Origin: an uncultured Nitrososphaerota archaeon
GTDB lineage: Archaea > Thermoproteota > Nitrososphaeria > Conexivisphaerales > DTJL01
Assembly (NCBI GenBank): GCA_963842885.1
Contig: CAWJIE010000003.1
Location: 320,001-384,000 of the forward strand
DNA length: 64,000 nucleotides
Direction: 5' to 3'
Shown: positions 29,401 to 38,577 of the stretch, one piece after another
Position numbering within the stretch: the stretch's first letter is position 1
Layout: each line of letters opens with the position of its first letter
The notes under the pieces: model-generated
Seen by the model: only the letters and a program-made list of their open reading frames with translations
Database searches by the model: none
Told to the model about the DNA's origin: nothing
Translations under genes and position numbers: made by a program

Positions 29401-31578
29401 TCAACCATAGAGGCTTTGCTTCTGCATCTTGATCACCTGACTTCGGAGCTTCTTGTCAAGCTCGGCGTACCAGTCCTCGACCTCCTTGCTGAATCCAGGC
29501 TTGACATGCTCCAAGCCTTCGGCGAAGTCGGCGCGGGAAACGGTCTCCGACTTCCTGCGGATGGCCGAGAGGCCTGCTTCCCGACATAGCGATTCCAAGT
29601 CGGCACCAGTGAAGTTGACCGCCGACTTCGCAATGGATGCAAGGTCGACATCAGGGGAGAGTGGCATGTGGGAGACGAAAATCTTGAGGATCGACAGGCG
29701 GCCGGCTTCGTCGGGAGGGGCCACGTAGAACAGGAGGCCCATCCTCCCCGGCCTCAGGAGAGATGGATCCAAGAGGTCGGGTCGGTTGGTCGAGCCGATT
29801 ATGAAGACCCCTTCGCCGGAGTAGAGGGAATCGATTTGGGTGAGGAGCTGGCTCAGGACCGTCTCGCCGTTCCACCCCTCATCGGAGGCGTAGCGAGCCT
29901 TCGCCACGGAGTCGATCTCATCGAATAGGATTATGCAGGGGCTGGAGGACCTGGCCTTCCTGAAGATGTCCCTGATGGCCTTTTCAGACTCGCCTAGCCA
30001 CCTGCTGAGGATTTCGGGTCCCCTGATGACTATGAGGTTAGTCTGGGACTCGGCGGCCAAGGCCTTCGCGAGGAGGGTCTTTCCGCAGCCGGGCGGCCCG
30101 TAGAGGAGGACGCCGCGGGGCGGCTCGATACCCTTTTTCTTGAACTCCTCTGGGTGCTTCACGGCCTGGATGATGTTCTCGCTCAGAGCCTCCTTGATCT
30201 TCTCCAGGCCTCCCACGTCGCCCCAGAAGGTCTGGGGGACCTCGACGTAGAACTCCCGCAAGGCGGTGGGGACTATTCCCTTGTAGGCTTCAAGGAAGTC
30301 CTCCATGTCGACACTGAGCTTCTCCAGCGTCGATGTCGGCACGCTCTGGACGTTGATTTCGGTCTGCGGAATCACCGAGCGAAGGGCCCCCAGGGCTGCT
30401 TCGCGGCAGAGAGCTTTGAGATCGGCGCCGGTATAGCCGTTCGTAATGGAGGACAGCCGCTTGAGATCGACGTCTCCTGCGAGAGGCATCCCCCTTGTAT
30501 GAATCTGCAGAATCTCCAGCCTGCTTTCGGTGTTGGGGACGCCTATCTCCACCTCCCTGTCAAAGCGGCCGGGCCTCCTGAGGGCCAGGTCGACGTCGTC
30601 AATCCTATTGGTGGCTCCAATCACCACCACGTTGCCCCTTTCGCTGAGGCCATCCATCAGGGAGAGGAGCTGGGCCACCATCCTCTTCTCCACCTCCCCG
30701 AAGACCTCCTCCCTCTTGGGAGCGATGGCGTCGACCTCGTCGATGAAGACTACGCTCGGGGCGCTCTCCTTGGCGTCCTTGAAGATCTCACGCAGCTTGG
30801 CTTCCGTTTCACCGTAGTACTTGCTCATGATCTCCGGGCCGTTGATGGTGAAGAACTTCGCCTGAGATTCGTTGGCGAGGGCCTTCGCGATCATGGTCTT
30901 TCCGCAGCCGGGCGGCCCGTAGAGGAGGACGCCGCGGGGCGGCTCGATACCCAGCCTTGAGAACAGCTCGGGGAACCGCAGGGGGAGCTCCACGATTTCG
31001 CGAAGCCTGCGCAGCTGCTCGCGGAGGCCGCCTATATCTTCATAGGTGATTCGCTGCTCCGTCATGAACGACTCGGCCAGCTTGGCCTCCACCTTGAGCT
31101 TGGTGGACTCCTCGGCCACCACTATTCCACGCGGGGACACCTTGATGACCTTGAAGTTCACCGGATTGCCCAGAACGACGATGGAGAGGGAGCTTCCCTC
31201 CACCAGTGGCATCCCCTTTATCCTGTTCTTGACAAAGGATTCGAAGTCCTCGTCCAGCTGAACCGACTTGCCGAGAGGAGCGAGAACGACGCTGATGGCC
31301 GACTTCACGGTGGCTTTCCCCACGTCTATGAACCCGTTGAGCGTCACGCCGAGGTTGCGGCGAATCGAGCCGTCGATCCTGACAAGGCTCGCGCCAGATT
31401 CGTCGGCGTCGCTGGGCCACGCTGTAGCCGCGGCCACCAGCTTGCCCTTCAGCTCCAGGAAGTCCCCAGGCTTGACGCCAATCTTCATCATGGCCGCCAT
31501 GGGAAGCCGGGCCCTGGCCTTCCCTATGTCTCTGGGAAGGGCCTCCTGGACCTTCAGGCGCACTCTCTTTGCAGGCAT
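29401..31578 (-). CDS. cdc48: CDC48/VAT AAA+ ATPase
   Basis: N domain plus two AAA modules with GPPGCGKT, DE Walker B, RPGR. Confidence 0.96.
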   Translation of the reverse strand: MPAKRVRLKVQEALPRDIGKARARLPMAAMMKIGVKPGDFLELKGKLVAAATAWPSDADESGASLVRIDGSIRRNLGVTLNGFIDVGKATVKSAISVVLAPLGKSVQLDEDFESFVKNRIKGMPLVEGSSLSIVVLGNPVNFKVIKVSPRGIVVAEESTKLKVEAKLAESFMTEQRITYEDIGGLREQLRRLREIVELPLRFPELFSRLGIEPPRGVLLYGPPGCGKTMIAKALANESQAKFFTINGPEIMSKYYGETEAKLREIFKDAKESAPSVVFIDEVDAIAPKREEVFGEVEKRMVAQLLSLMDGLSERGNVVVIGATNRIDDVDLALRRPGRFDREVEIGVPNTESRLEILQIHTRGMPLAGDVDLKRLSSITNGYTGADLKALCREAALGALRSVIPQTEINVQSVPTSTLEKLSVDMEDFLEAYKGIVPTALREFYVEVPQTFWGDVGGLEKIKEALSENIIQAVKHPEEFKKKGIEPPRGVLLYGPPGCGKTLLAKALAAESQTNLIVIRGPEILSRWLGESEKAIRDIFRKARSSSPCIILFDEIDSVAKARYASDEGWNGETVLSQLLTQIDSLYSGEGVFIIGSTNRPDLLDPSLLRPGRMGLLFYVAPPDEAGRLSILKIFVSHMPLSPDVDLASIAKSAVNFTGADLESLCREAGLSAIRRKSETVSRADFAEGLEHVKPGFSKEVEDWYAELDKKLRSQVIKMQKQSLYG
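30076..30952. repeat. 58-bp perfect direct repeat inside cdc48 (30076-30133 and 30895-30952)
   Basis: ggtctttccgcagccgggcggcccgtagaggaggacgccgcggggcggctcgataccc occurs twice. Confidence 0.93.
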
Positions 31579-31665
31579 GCCGACACCAACCTACCGCATC
31601 AGGTAGAATTAAGCGCTCCTGCACGCTGATAAGCCTAAGTGCGAAAACAAAGGTCTTGCCGGCGG

Positions 31666-31947
31666 CTACTTGATGTGCGTCGAAGACCGGCTTACGCCTA
31701 CTACGTCCACTTGGCTGATGCCCTTGGTCGCGAGGAGGGCAGCCTCCAGGGGGTCCGTCCCCCCTTCCTTGTCTTCGATGCCGAAGTCCATGATCAGGGC
31801 GTTGAGGCCGAAAGCTATCGGCTCCACCCTGTACCTTATGACGGAGGCGACGGCCTTCGTTGAGACCTTGATGTCTTCCAATGTCTGCTCTGGCTTGGCT
31901 TCGATGTCCTCAGGAAGGACTTTGACGCGCACGACTAGGTCAGCCAT
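31666..31947 (-). CDS. ef1b: Elongation factor 1-beta
   Basis: KVLPED, EPIAFGL, GGTD..E. Confidence 0.95.
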   Translation of the reverse strand: MADLVVRVKVLPEDIEAKPEQTLEDIKVSTKAVASVIRYRVEPIAFGLNALIMDFGIEDKEGGTDPLEAALLATKGISQVDVVGVSRSSTHIK

Positions 31948-31962
31948 GGATGATGCCCCCGT

Positions 31963-32142
31963 CTACGGGCCTTCGAATCCGCAGTTCTCGCACTTGTAAG
32001 GCCTGGCGAGAAGCCTGCAGCGTTCGCAGCGCCAAATCAGAACCTTGCCGCACTCGGGACAGTAGAACTTCACAGCCTTCTCTCTTGGATCGATGGGCTT
32101 GTTGCAAGATGAACAAGTCGGAGGCTTGACCAGCGGCGACAA
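31963..32142 (-). CDS. Small double zinc-ribbon protein (DUF1610/HVO_2753-like; absent from ORF track)
   Basis: [59 protein letters not shown]; conserved position upstream of ef1b. Confidence 0.92.
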   Translation of the reverse strand: MSPLVKPPTCSSCNKPIDPREKAVKFYCPECGKVLIWRCERCRLLARPYKCENCGFEGP

Positions 32143-32402
32143 AGTTTCTCACCCCCCTTTCAGAAGTGGTCTATTTAACAATTGCTCGCTGAAGAGACAC
32201 CGAAAGGGAGGGCATCTTCCGGCCCAACCATCGTTCCTGAGCCACATTTAGGCAGGAAGAACTCTGCAGTACCGCTCAAAACCATCAAAAAAGGGGTCCA
32301 CAGGCTCCTTCGGCACGGTAAAAAGAGCCATTTTAGGCACAAGATACGCATACAGTTAAATACGCACGTCTCGTATACTACGCACAACGGTGAAATGAGA
32401 AG

Positions 32403-32552
32403 TTGGCTGAAACGGCATACTGCGTCAAGTGCAGGGCCAAACGCGAAATGAAGAACCCCAAGGAAGTCAAGCTGAAGAATGGACGGAAGGCTCTTTCGGG
32501 CACCTGCACCAAGTGCGGTACCAAAGTATTCAGGATTCTTGGCAAGAAATAG
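32403..32552 (+). CDS. Small basic zinc-ribbon protein, DUF5679-like (absent from ORF track)
   Basis: MAETAYCVKCRAKREMKNPKEVKLKNGRKALSGTCTKCGTKVFRILGKK; TTAAATA at 32356, GGTGA upstream, T-rich tract downstream. Confidence 0.88.
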   Translation: MAETAYCVKCRAKREMKNPKEVKLKNGRKALSGTCTKCGTKVFRILGKK

Positions 32553-32585
32553 ATGCATTGACGAGCCATAGTCCCCTTTTTTCCC

Positions 32586-33749
32586 CTATCTTCTGGTTAG
32601 GTCCACTAATGAACGCAGTCGCCCGTAGCTCCCGCCCAGCACTAAGAGGGAGTCAAGGAGGCCCTTCACTCCGAGCATCTTCGCGAAGTCAAGGGCGTGG
32701 TAGTCGAAGCTGCCGTCCTTAAGGGAATCGCCCACGTTATGGTGTATCATTATCCTGAACAGGGCGTCCAGTTCGTCGTTACCCAGGTCCACGAATAGCC
32801 TGCGCAGCGAGAGTTGGGTGTCGAAGTCCTTCTGGAACTGAGCCCTCCATTCCAACTCGTAACCGTGCAGCAGCTTGGGATCGCCGGCCAGCAATGCCCT
32901 GGCGGTGGCTGCGCCTGCCATCATCCCTCCCACCCCGCCGCTGAAGATCCCGCCCGCGGTGGTGGGTTTGGTCTGTCCTGCCGCGTCACCTACGAGGAGC
33001 CTCCTTCCCAACACGAACTGCGACAGCGGCCCGCCGACCACGATGCTGGCGTAGGTCTTCTTGAGGACTTGCCCACCGCGCCTGGCTATGTAGGCTTCAA
33101 GCCAAGGCTGGAGTGAAGGGCCGTGGCCGGCTATGCCCACCCTTGCCGAGGAGCCATCGAGAGGGATGAGCCAGGCGAAGTACTCCTTGCTCACCTTTTT
33201 GTCGAGGAAGACCTGCACCATCCCCCTTTTGATGTCGGGGAGGACGCATTCGTACTGCACGGCCTGAAGCAGGCCCTCCCCGTTGAAACCTTTGTAGACG
33301 GAGACGCCCCTCGCGTCGATGAAGTATTGGGCGACGTATCGGCCCGACGAAGTGACCACCTCGACGCAATCGTCCTTCTCTTCGATTCCGACGACCCTGT
33401 CGCCGAGCTCGAAGCGGGCGCCTGAGACGGCCGCCTCCCTGGCCACTGCCTTATCTAGCTCCCTTCGTCTGAGCGCAACGACGCCCACCTTCCGTGCGTC
33501 AACCTCCAAGACCTCTCCCCCGGGAGAAGTGAAGGCGGCCGACTTCATGGTGTCGGCAATCACCCTGCTTGAGGGGGCGATCCCCAGCTGCTCGAGGCTG
33601 TCCAGGGAGACGAGGCCGCCGCATTTCTCGGGCGTCCCTATCTCCAGGTCGTCCTCGAACACGATGACCTTGCAGCCTTCCTCAGCCAGCCGCCGGGCAG
33701 CCGAAGCACCAGCTATGCTGGCCCCTGCGACGACCACATCACAGGACAT
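32586..33749 (-). CDS. Geranylgeranyl reductase family flavoprotein
   Basis: GASIAG, PEKCGG, YFAWLIP, VGDAAGQ.KP.TAGGI. Confidence 0.88.
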   Translation of the reverse strand: MSCDVVVAGASIAGASAARRLAEEGCKVIVFEDDLEIGTPEKCGGLVSLDSLEQLGIAPSSRVIADTMKSAAFTSPGGEVLEVDARKVGVVALRRRELDKAVAREAAVSGARFELGDRVVGIEEKDDCVEVVTSSGRYVAQYFIDARGVSVYKGFNGEGLLQAVQYECVLPDIKRGMVQVFLDKKVSKEYFAWLIPLDGSSARVGIAGHGPSLQPWLEAYIARRGGQVLKKTYASIVVGGPLSQFVLGRRLLVGDAAGQTKPTTAGGIFSGGVGGMMAGAATARALLAGDPKLLHGYELEWRAQFQKDFDTQLSLRRLFVDLGNDELDALFRIMIHHNVGDSLKDGSFDYHALDFAKMLGVKGLLDSLLVLGGSYGRLRSLVDLTRR

Positions 33750-33798
33750 TGAAGACAAGTATCCCACCGCCCATCCCAACCTGCAGAAAGGAGTTTCT

Positions 33799-35193
33799 TT
33801 AATGTGCCGTCGTTCGGACAGATGAAGAGGCTTCTCGAAGGATACGGACGCCGCTTCTGGCGAGCTCCTCGGCCTTCTTCGCTGTCTTGGCCTCGACGTA
33901 GCAGCGGAAAAACGGCTCGGTCCCGCTGGGGCGGAGGAGCATCCAAGACTTGTCAGGATAGACCATCTTGACGCCGTCCAAGGTTATGACCCTGGCCTTC
34001 TTCTGACGAGAGAGCTGCAGTATGCGTTCCTGGATCGCCGCCTTGCTGGATTCGTCACACCGGAAGGCCCTCTTGACCATGTGGTACCTGGGAAGAGTCT
34101 CCGTCAGCTCCCCTAGGGTCTCGCCGCGTCGATCCATCAGCTCCAACATCTTGGACGTGGAGAGCGCGACGTCCCCGTAGAGGAGAACCTCCGGCCAGAT
34201 GTACTTCCCTGTCTCCTCGAATCCGAAGACTGCGCCTTCTGCCGTCCGCAGGGCGTCTATGATGGCTGGGGGGCCGACGCGAGTCGTCACCAGCTTCCCC
34301 CGCCCCCGGCAGACGTCTCGGATGAGCTGCGACGAATTCACGGGCGCCACGATAGTTCCTCCGTTCCTGTCTTGGAGGCGGTCCAAAGCGAAGAGGGAGC
34401 CGGTGACGTCTCCCCACACCACGTCTCCTCTTTCGTCGACGAAGATGGCCCTGTCGCCGTCACCGTCGGTAGCCACGCCGAGCTCGGCCGAGGCCTCCGT
34501 TACGGCTTGCTTCAAAGCCTTGAGGACCTCTCGCCTGGGGTAGGGCGGCCTCGATGGGAACCTGCCATCCGCCGAGTCGTTGATCGCGACCACCTTGCAG
34601 CCCAGCTTCACCAGTATGGGGCCTATAATTCCCGAAGCAGCACCGTTGCCGGGATCGACGACGACGCGACGACCGCCAAGGCGGCCGATGTCGGTCACTC
34701 CAAGGATGGATTCTTGGTACGCTCCTTTCGCTTCGCCAGGCCTAGTGCGCCCTGTCCTGTTCCAGGGGTTCGGCAGAAGAGTGCCCCCGAAATACATGGA
34801 CTCCAGCTTCGCCTGAAGTCGGACGTTGATCTCCCCGCCGTCCGCCTGAAAGAACAGAAGTCCAATCACCGGAGCGATTGTGTGGCTGCCGGTGACGACG
34901 ACGGCGCCGTCGAGCTTCTCACGTTTGAGGTAGTGTAGGACGGCGGGAGTGGGGACGACCCCGCAGTCACGGACGTCGACGCCCCCTGCGTTCAAGCCAG
35001 ATACAACGGCCCTCTGCACGACGGCGGCGTGAAGGCGCACGTCCATGCCGACAGCCACTTCGCCCTCCCGTCCGAGGAGGTGGGCGAAACACAAGCCCAT
35101 CCTTGCCGCGAAGTCGGGTGTCAGGTTCCTATTGATGAATCCTCTGATGCCGGACGTGCCGAACAGCCTTAGCGTCACGTGTTTTGCCGACAT
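33799..35193 (-). CDS. Phosphohexomutase (PGM/PMM/GlmM family)
   Basis: LFGTSGIRG, TGSH, DGDGDR, RPSGTEP. Confidence 0.92.
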   Translation of the reverse strand: MSAKHVTLRLFGTSGIRGFINRNLTPDFAARMGLCFAHLLGREGEVAVGMDVRLHAAVVQRAVVSGLNAGGVDVRDCGVVPTPAVLHYLKREKLDGAVVVTGSHTIAPVIGLLFFQADGGEINVRLQAKLESMYFGGTLLPNPWNRTGRTRPGEAKGAYQESILGVTDIGRLGGRRVVVDPGNGAASGIIGPILVKLGCKVVAINDSADGRFPSRPPYPRREVLKALKQAVTEASAELGVATDGDGDRAIFVDERGDVVWGDVTGSLFALDRLQDRNGGTIVAPVNSSQLIRDVCRGRGKLVTTRVGPPAIIDALRTAEGAVFGFEETGKYIWPEVLLYGDVALSTSKMLELMDRRGETLGELTETLPRYHMVKRAFRCDESSKAAIQERILQLSRQKKARVITLDGVKMVYPDKSWMLLRPSGTEPFFRCYVEAKTAKKAEELARSGVRILREASSSVRTTAH

Positions 35194-35349
35194 GGCCACC
35201 GAATCGACCTTTGGTGGAGATTGCTTAATAACAATACCTCGTATGTCTTATGATCATCCCCGACGATACCCGACGGCGTCACTCGCTCGCCTACGTTTGG
35301 CCCGTGTTAAATACTCCCGGGAGCCCAGTGGGGTTCAGGACGTGGAAAA

Positions 35350-36501
35350 ATGGACTGGAAAATCGTCATCGATGGAATCGCAAAGGCGACCTTGGCAGTC
35401 TTCGTCCTTGAAGTCCTCGCTCGTCTTTCAATGGCATTCAACATCGGGATTGCGGGAATCATCTACCTCGACGTGCTCTTCGCAGCCCTCTTGGTCCTCA
35501 CCGTTTTAGGCTATGGCGTCTACTATGGCAGGACCTACGGTGCGCCTGTCCCACTTGTCGCAACCGTAGTGCTGGGCGTCTCCGGGTTCGCCCTGGCCTT
35601 CGTCGCGCTGCTGGGATTCCCCGCATTCTCTTCTCCTGCCAGGACGCAGCTGTTCTGGCTGGGCACGCTCATGGTGGCTATCGCCATACCGCTTGGGTCA
35701 TATGCGTCTCGCCAGGTCAGGAAGGAGTGGCATGACCATGTGACTGACTTCGAGTTCGGCCATCACAGCTACAACCTGGCCAAGGACTTTGACGGCTGCG
35801 CCGACGGCAGACAGGGCCTCTCCGCACCCGCCTTCGGAGAGCCCGCCGTGAGTTCAGGAGGAGGGAACTGTGAAGGCGCGGGTATCAGGATCGAATGGGA
35901 GATGGGCTCAATCATCTTCCGCAATGAAGGCGGGAACGGAATCGCCGTAGCTGGGAGAGGCCACCTGGAGACATCTCATGGACAAGACAACCTGGACGGA
36001 ATCTGCGTCGTGTCTTCCACCTGTCCCTTGGAGATCCGGGACTCCCCTGCGAGGGTGGCGACCGACGCCGATGCCGCCGACCATGAATTCAAGACCCTAG
36101 GCGACCTGAGGGCCAGCGTAGCTTCCGCCAGCTCGGACATCGTCTCGGAGGCCGAGAGTTTCGTGAAAGAAGCGATCTCCCGCTACAACCCCGACGACAA
36201 GGTGGAATCGGTCTCAGTGGGAGGCTTCATCAACGTGGAAGAAAGCGCTCACAGAAAAATCGTAAGGGTCCCCGGCGTCTATGTCTATGACGGGCCAGAT
36301 GGAGAAGTCGTCCGCGTTGGCGGAAGGGTGGTGAAAAACGAAATAAGGTCGCCGGGCTCCATGATGGGATTCAACGGGGTCTTCAAGGAAGGAGAGAAGC
36401 CTGTGACTGTCATCAAGAACCTGTCCGGAGGTCTGAGCTTTGTCATAGTGGGGCCGCGTTGGGTGGCATGGAAGAAGGATGAGAAGGTGATATCTCCATG
36501 A
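35350..36501 (+). CDS. Membrane protein, four N-terminal TM helices plus beta-rich soluble domain
   Basis: Hydrophobic first ~120 aa; TTAAATA at 35307; ATGA-coupled to next gene. Confidence 0.8.
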   Translation: MDWKIVIDGIAKATLAVFVLEVLARLSMAFNIGIAGIIYLDVLFAALLVLTVLGYGVYYGRTYGAPVPLVATVVLGVSGFALAFVALLGFPAFSSPARTQLFWLGTLMVAIAIPLGSYASRQVRKEWHDHVTDFEFGHHSYNLAKDFDGCADGRQGLSAPAFGEPAVSSGGGNCEGAGIRIEWEMGSIIFRNEGGNGIAVAGRGHLETSHGQDNLDGICVVSSTCPLEIRDSPARVATDADAADHEFKTLGDLRASVASASSDIVSEAESFVKEAISRYNPDDKVESVSVGGFINVEESAHRKIVRVPGVYVYDGPDGEVVRVGGRVVKNEIRSPGSMMGFNGVFKEGEKPVTVIKNLSGGLSFVIVGPRWVAWKKDEKVISP

Positions 36502-36824
36502 CCTACTACTCAACGGTCCACAGCCTCGGCAACGTCGGAGCGCTTTTCCTCCTGGCATACATCATAGCCCTCCCTTTGGGTATGGTCGACCAGTTCGTAA
36601 AAGGGATACTATACGTTGCCCTAGCGCTGATACTCGTGTCAGCTTTCGACGCTCCTCGGCCCGGCAGGGTTTTCAAGGGGGTTCTCGGGAGAGTGGGAAC
36701 GCTGGCGTTCGTGTTCTGGCTGCTGGTAGTGGTGTTCAAGCTGGCGGTGGTGCCGCTGACTTCCGCCCAGCTCTTCTGGACCTTCGTCGCGGCGTTGGTA
36801 ATAAGGGCGGCTGTAGAGATATAG
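36498..36824 (+). CDS. Small 4-TM membrane protein
   Basis: Almost entirely hydrophobic 108 aa; ATGA overlap with upstream gene. Confidence 0.78.
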   Translation: MTYYSTVHSLGNVGALFLLAYIIALPLGMVDQFVKGILYVALALILVSAFDAPRPGRVFKGVLGRVGTLAFVFWLLVVVFKLAVVPLTSAQLFWTFVAALVIRAAVEI

Positions 36825-36851
36825 GCGGGAGTCCGGCGGAGTGGAAGGTCG

Positions 36852-37322
36852 ATGAGCCTGAAGCTGGCCCAGAGGTTTTTCAACAGGGTCTTCCCTGCTC
36901 GATTGACCAGCTTTTGGTCCCTTGAGAGGCTGGAAAGGAACGAAGAGTTCGCCCTTCTGCTCAAGAACCCCATACGGAGGAAGGTCGTGCTTCACTACCT
37001 TCGCAACCAGAACACGTGGAGCAGCATTTCTTCACTGGCGGCCGATATCGGCGAGAGCAAGGCGACCGTCCAAGACCACCTCGAGACGATGAAGGAGAAG
37101 ATGTTGATCGAGAGATGGTTCATGAACAGGAGGCTCTTCAGGTTGAAGCCCGAGATATACCCCGAGCTCGCGCCCAATCCGTTCATGATCGCTGGCGTGC
37201 TGGTGGCCGTGGGCCTCGCCGTGGGATACCTCCTCCGGCCCAGCGAAGTCATCGCCGGAATGCTGGCGGGGGTATCGCTTATGCTGACCATCTACATCGT
37301 TGTGGAGACCAAAAAGCTGTAG
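36852..37322 (+). CDS. ArsR-like wHTH regulator with two C-terminal TM helices
   Basis: NPIRRKVV, SISSLA..IGESKATVQDHL; hydrophobic C-terminal hairpin. Confidence 0.8.
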   Translation: MSLKLAQRFFNRVFPARLTSFWSLERLERNEEFALLLKNPIRRKVVLHYLRNQNTWSSISSLAADIGESKATVQDHLETMKEKMLIERWFMNRRLFRLKPEIYPELAPNPFMIAGVLVAVGLAVGYLLRPSEVIAGMLAGVSLMLTIYIVVETKKL

Positions 37323-37325
37323 CGC

Positions 37326-37877
37326 CTACGGCAGAAGGACGCAGGCGGCCACGACGGAGGTCCAAAGGCCGTTCTTGTCCCCCTCGGCTGACTGGACCAC
37401 ACTAGCGGTCCTGTAGATTTTCCCCGATATCTTCCATTCCTGCTTTAGGACGTCCCAGCTCTTGTCCGGGTCGAAAGGCAGTCCCATCGTGGAAGCCAGC
37501 ATGTAGATTGCAAGGTCTTCTGAATAGTCGGCCGTCTTGGAGTCGGTCTTCCCGAACGCGTGCACCTCCGACAGATAGCCGTACATGTTCTTGTCCCTCG
37601 GAAGGGCCAAGCCGACCGCGGCCGAAATGAGCCGGTTGGGCTCGTCGGTCTCGTTCCTGCTGAGAACGACGAAGACCACTTGCCCAGGACTGATCAGCTT
37701 CAGCCCTTCCTTCCTGCTGATGACTCGGGCCCTCGGGGGAAAGATGCTGGAGACGGGCACCAGGTTACAGTGGGCTATCCCCGCGTCTCTGAGCGCCAGC
37801 TCGAAGCTGTTAAGCTTCTCTTTGTGGCGACCGACGCCGTTCGTCAAGAAAACCCTCTTTGGAATGAATGAGGACAT
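37326..37877 (-). CDS. pdaD: Pyruvoyl-dependent arginine decarboxylase
   Basis: SFELALRDAGI, NLVPV/SSI self-cleavage site, YGYLSE. Confidence 0.92.
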   Translation of the reverse strand: MSSFIPKRVFLTNGVGRHKEKLNSFELALRDAGIAHCNLVPVSSIFPPRARVISRKEGLKLISPGQVVFVVLSRNETDEPNRLISAAVGLALPRDKNMYGYLSEVHAFGKTDSKTADYSEDLAIYMLASTMGLPFDPDKSWDVLKQEWKISGKIYRTASVVQSAEGDKNGLWTSVVAACVLLP

Positions 37878-37933
37878 CGCGCTAAGACGGGGGTAATAGG
37901 ATGGCTGTATTTAAGTTGCAACACCACCACCAC

Positions 37934-38035
37934 CGCCTCCATCGTAAGATGGCCGGAAACCCGATGGCGAATCCGCTGCGGATCCTTGAATGCCAAGTCG
38001 GACTGGCAGTTGCGCCCTGGACCCGACCGGCGCAA
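37934..38035 (+). ncRNA. Candidate multi-hairpin RNA with loop-loop complementarity
   Basis: CCATC-GTAA-GATGG, ATCCG/CGGAT, TGCCA/TGGCA, TTGCGCC/GGCGCAA; loops GTCGG and CCGAC; strand uncertain. Confidence 0.5.
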
Positions 38036-38452
38036 TCAGAAGACCGACGTGCTAAGGGCCTTGACAATCTTCTCTTCGGATATGATGTCCCGGACGGAGA
38101 CGACCCCGAAGAGCTTCCCGGATTCGTCCACAACGACTAGATGCCGAACGTTGAACTTGGACATCGTCATGGCTGCCTCGTCGATGCGGGCTGTCTTCGG
38201 AATGGAGATTAGTTGCTTGGTCATAAAATTCTCTATCGGAGAGTAGATGCTGCCGCCCTTGGCCACGGCGGTTACGATATCGCGCTCGGAGAGGACACCC
38301 ACCATCTTGGCCTTGTCCAACGGATTCACCACGACCAGGAGGCCTATCCGGTGGGTGCTCATAAGCTTGGCCGCGTCCATGAGGCTGGCCTCCGGCTCAA
38401 TCGTAACGGCCGCCGTCCTAATCAGGTCGCCGACCTTCATGACATCATACAC
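38036..38452 (-). CDS. CBS-domain pair protein
   Basis: AAKLM...IGLLVV, GVLSERDI, VRHLVVVD, GVVSVRD. Confidence 0.92.
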   Translation of the reverse strand: MYDVMKVGDLIRTAAVTIEPEASLMDAAKLMSTHRIGLLVVVNPLDKAKMVGVLSERDIVTAVAKGGSIYSPIENFMTKQLISIPKTARIDEAAMTMSKFNVRHLVVVDESGKLFGVVSVRDIISEEKIVKALSTSVF

Positions 38453-38577
38453 TACTGGGCTTTAGAATATAAGGAAACGGATATCCGGGTGGCATGGGTT
38501 GATGAGAAGTCTTTGCCGGCAAAAGCTTTTGAGCACCCGGTGCCGACTTCGCCTACATCCGGAGTCAATACGATATT

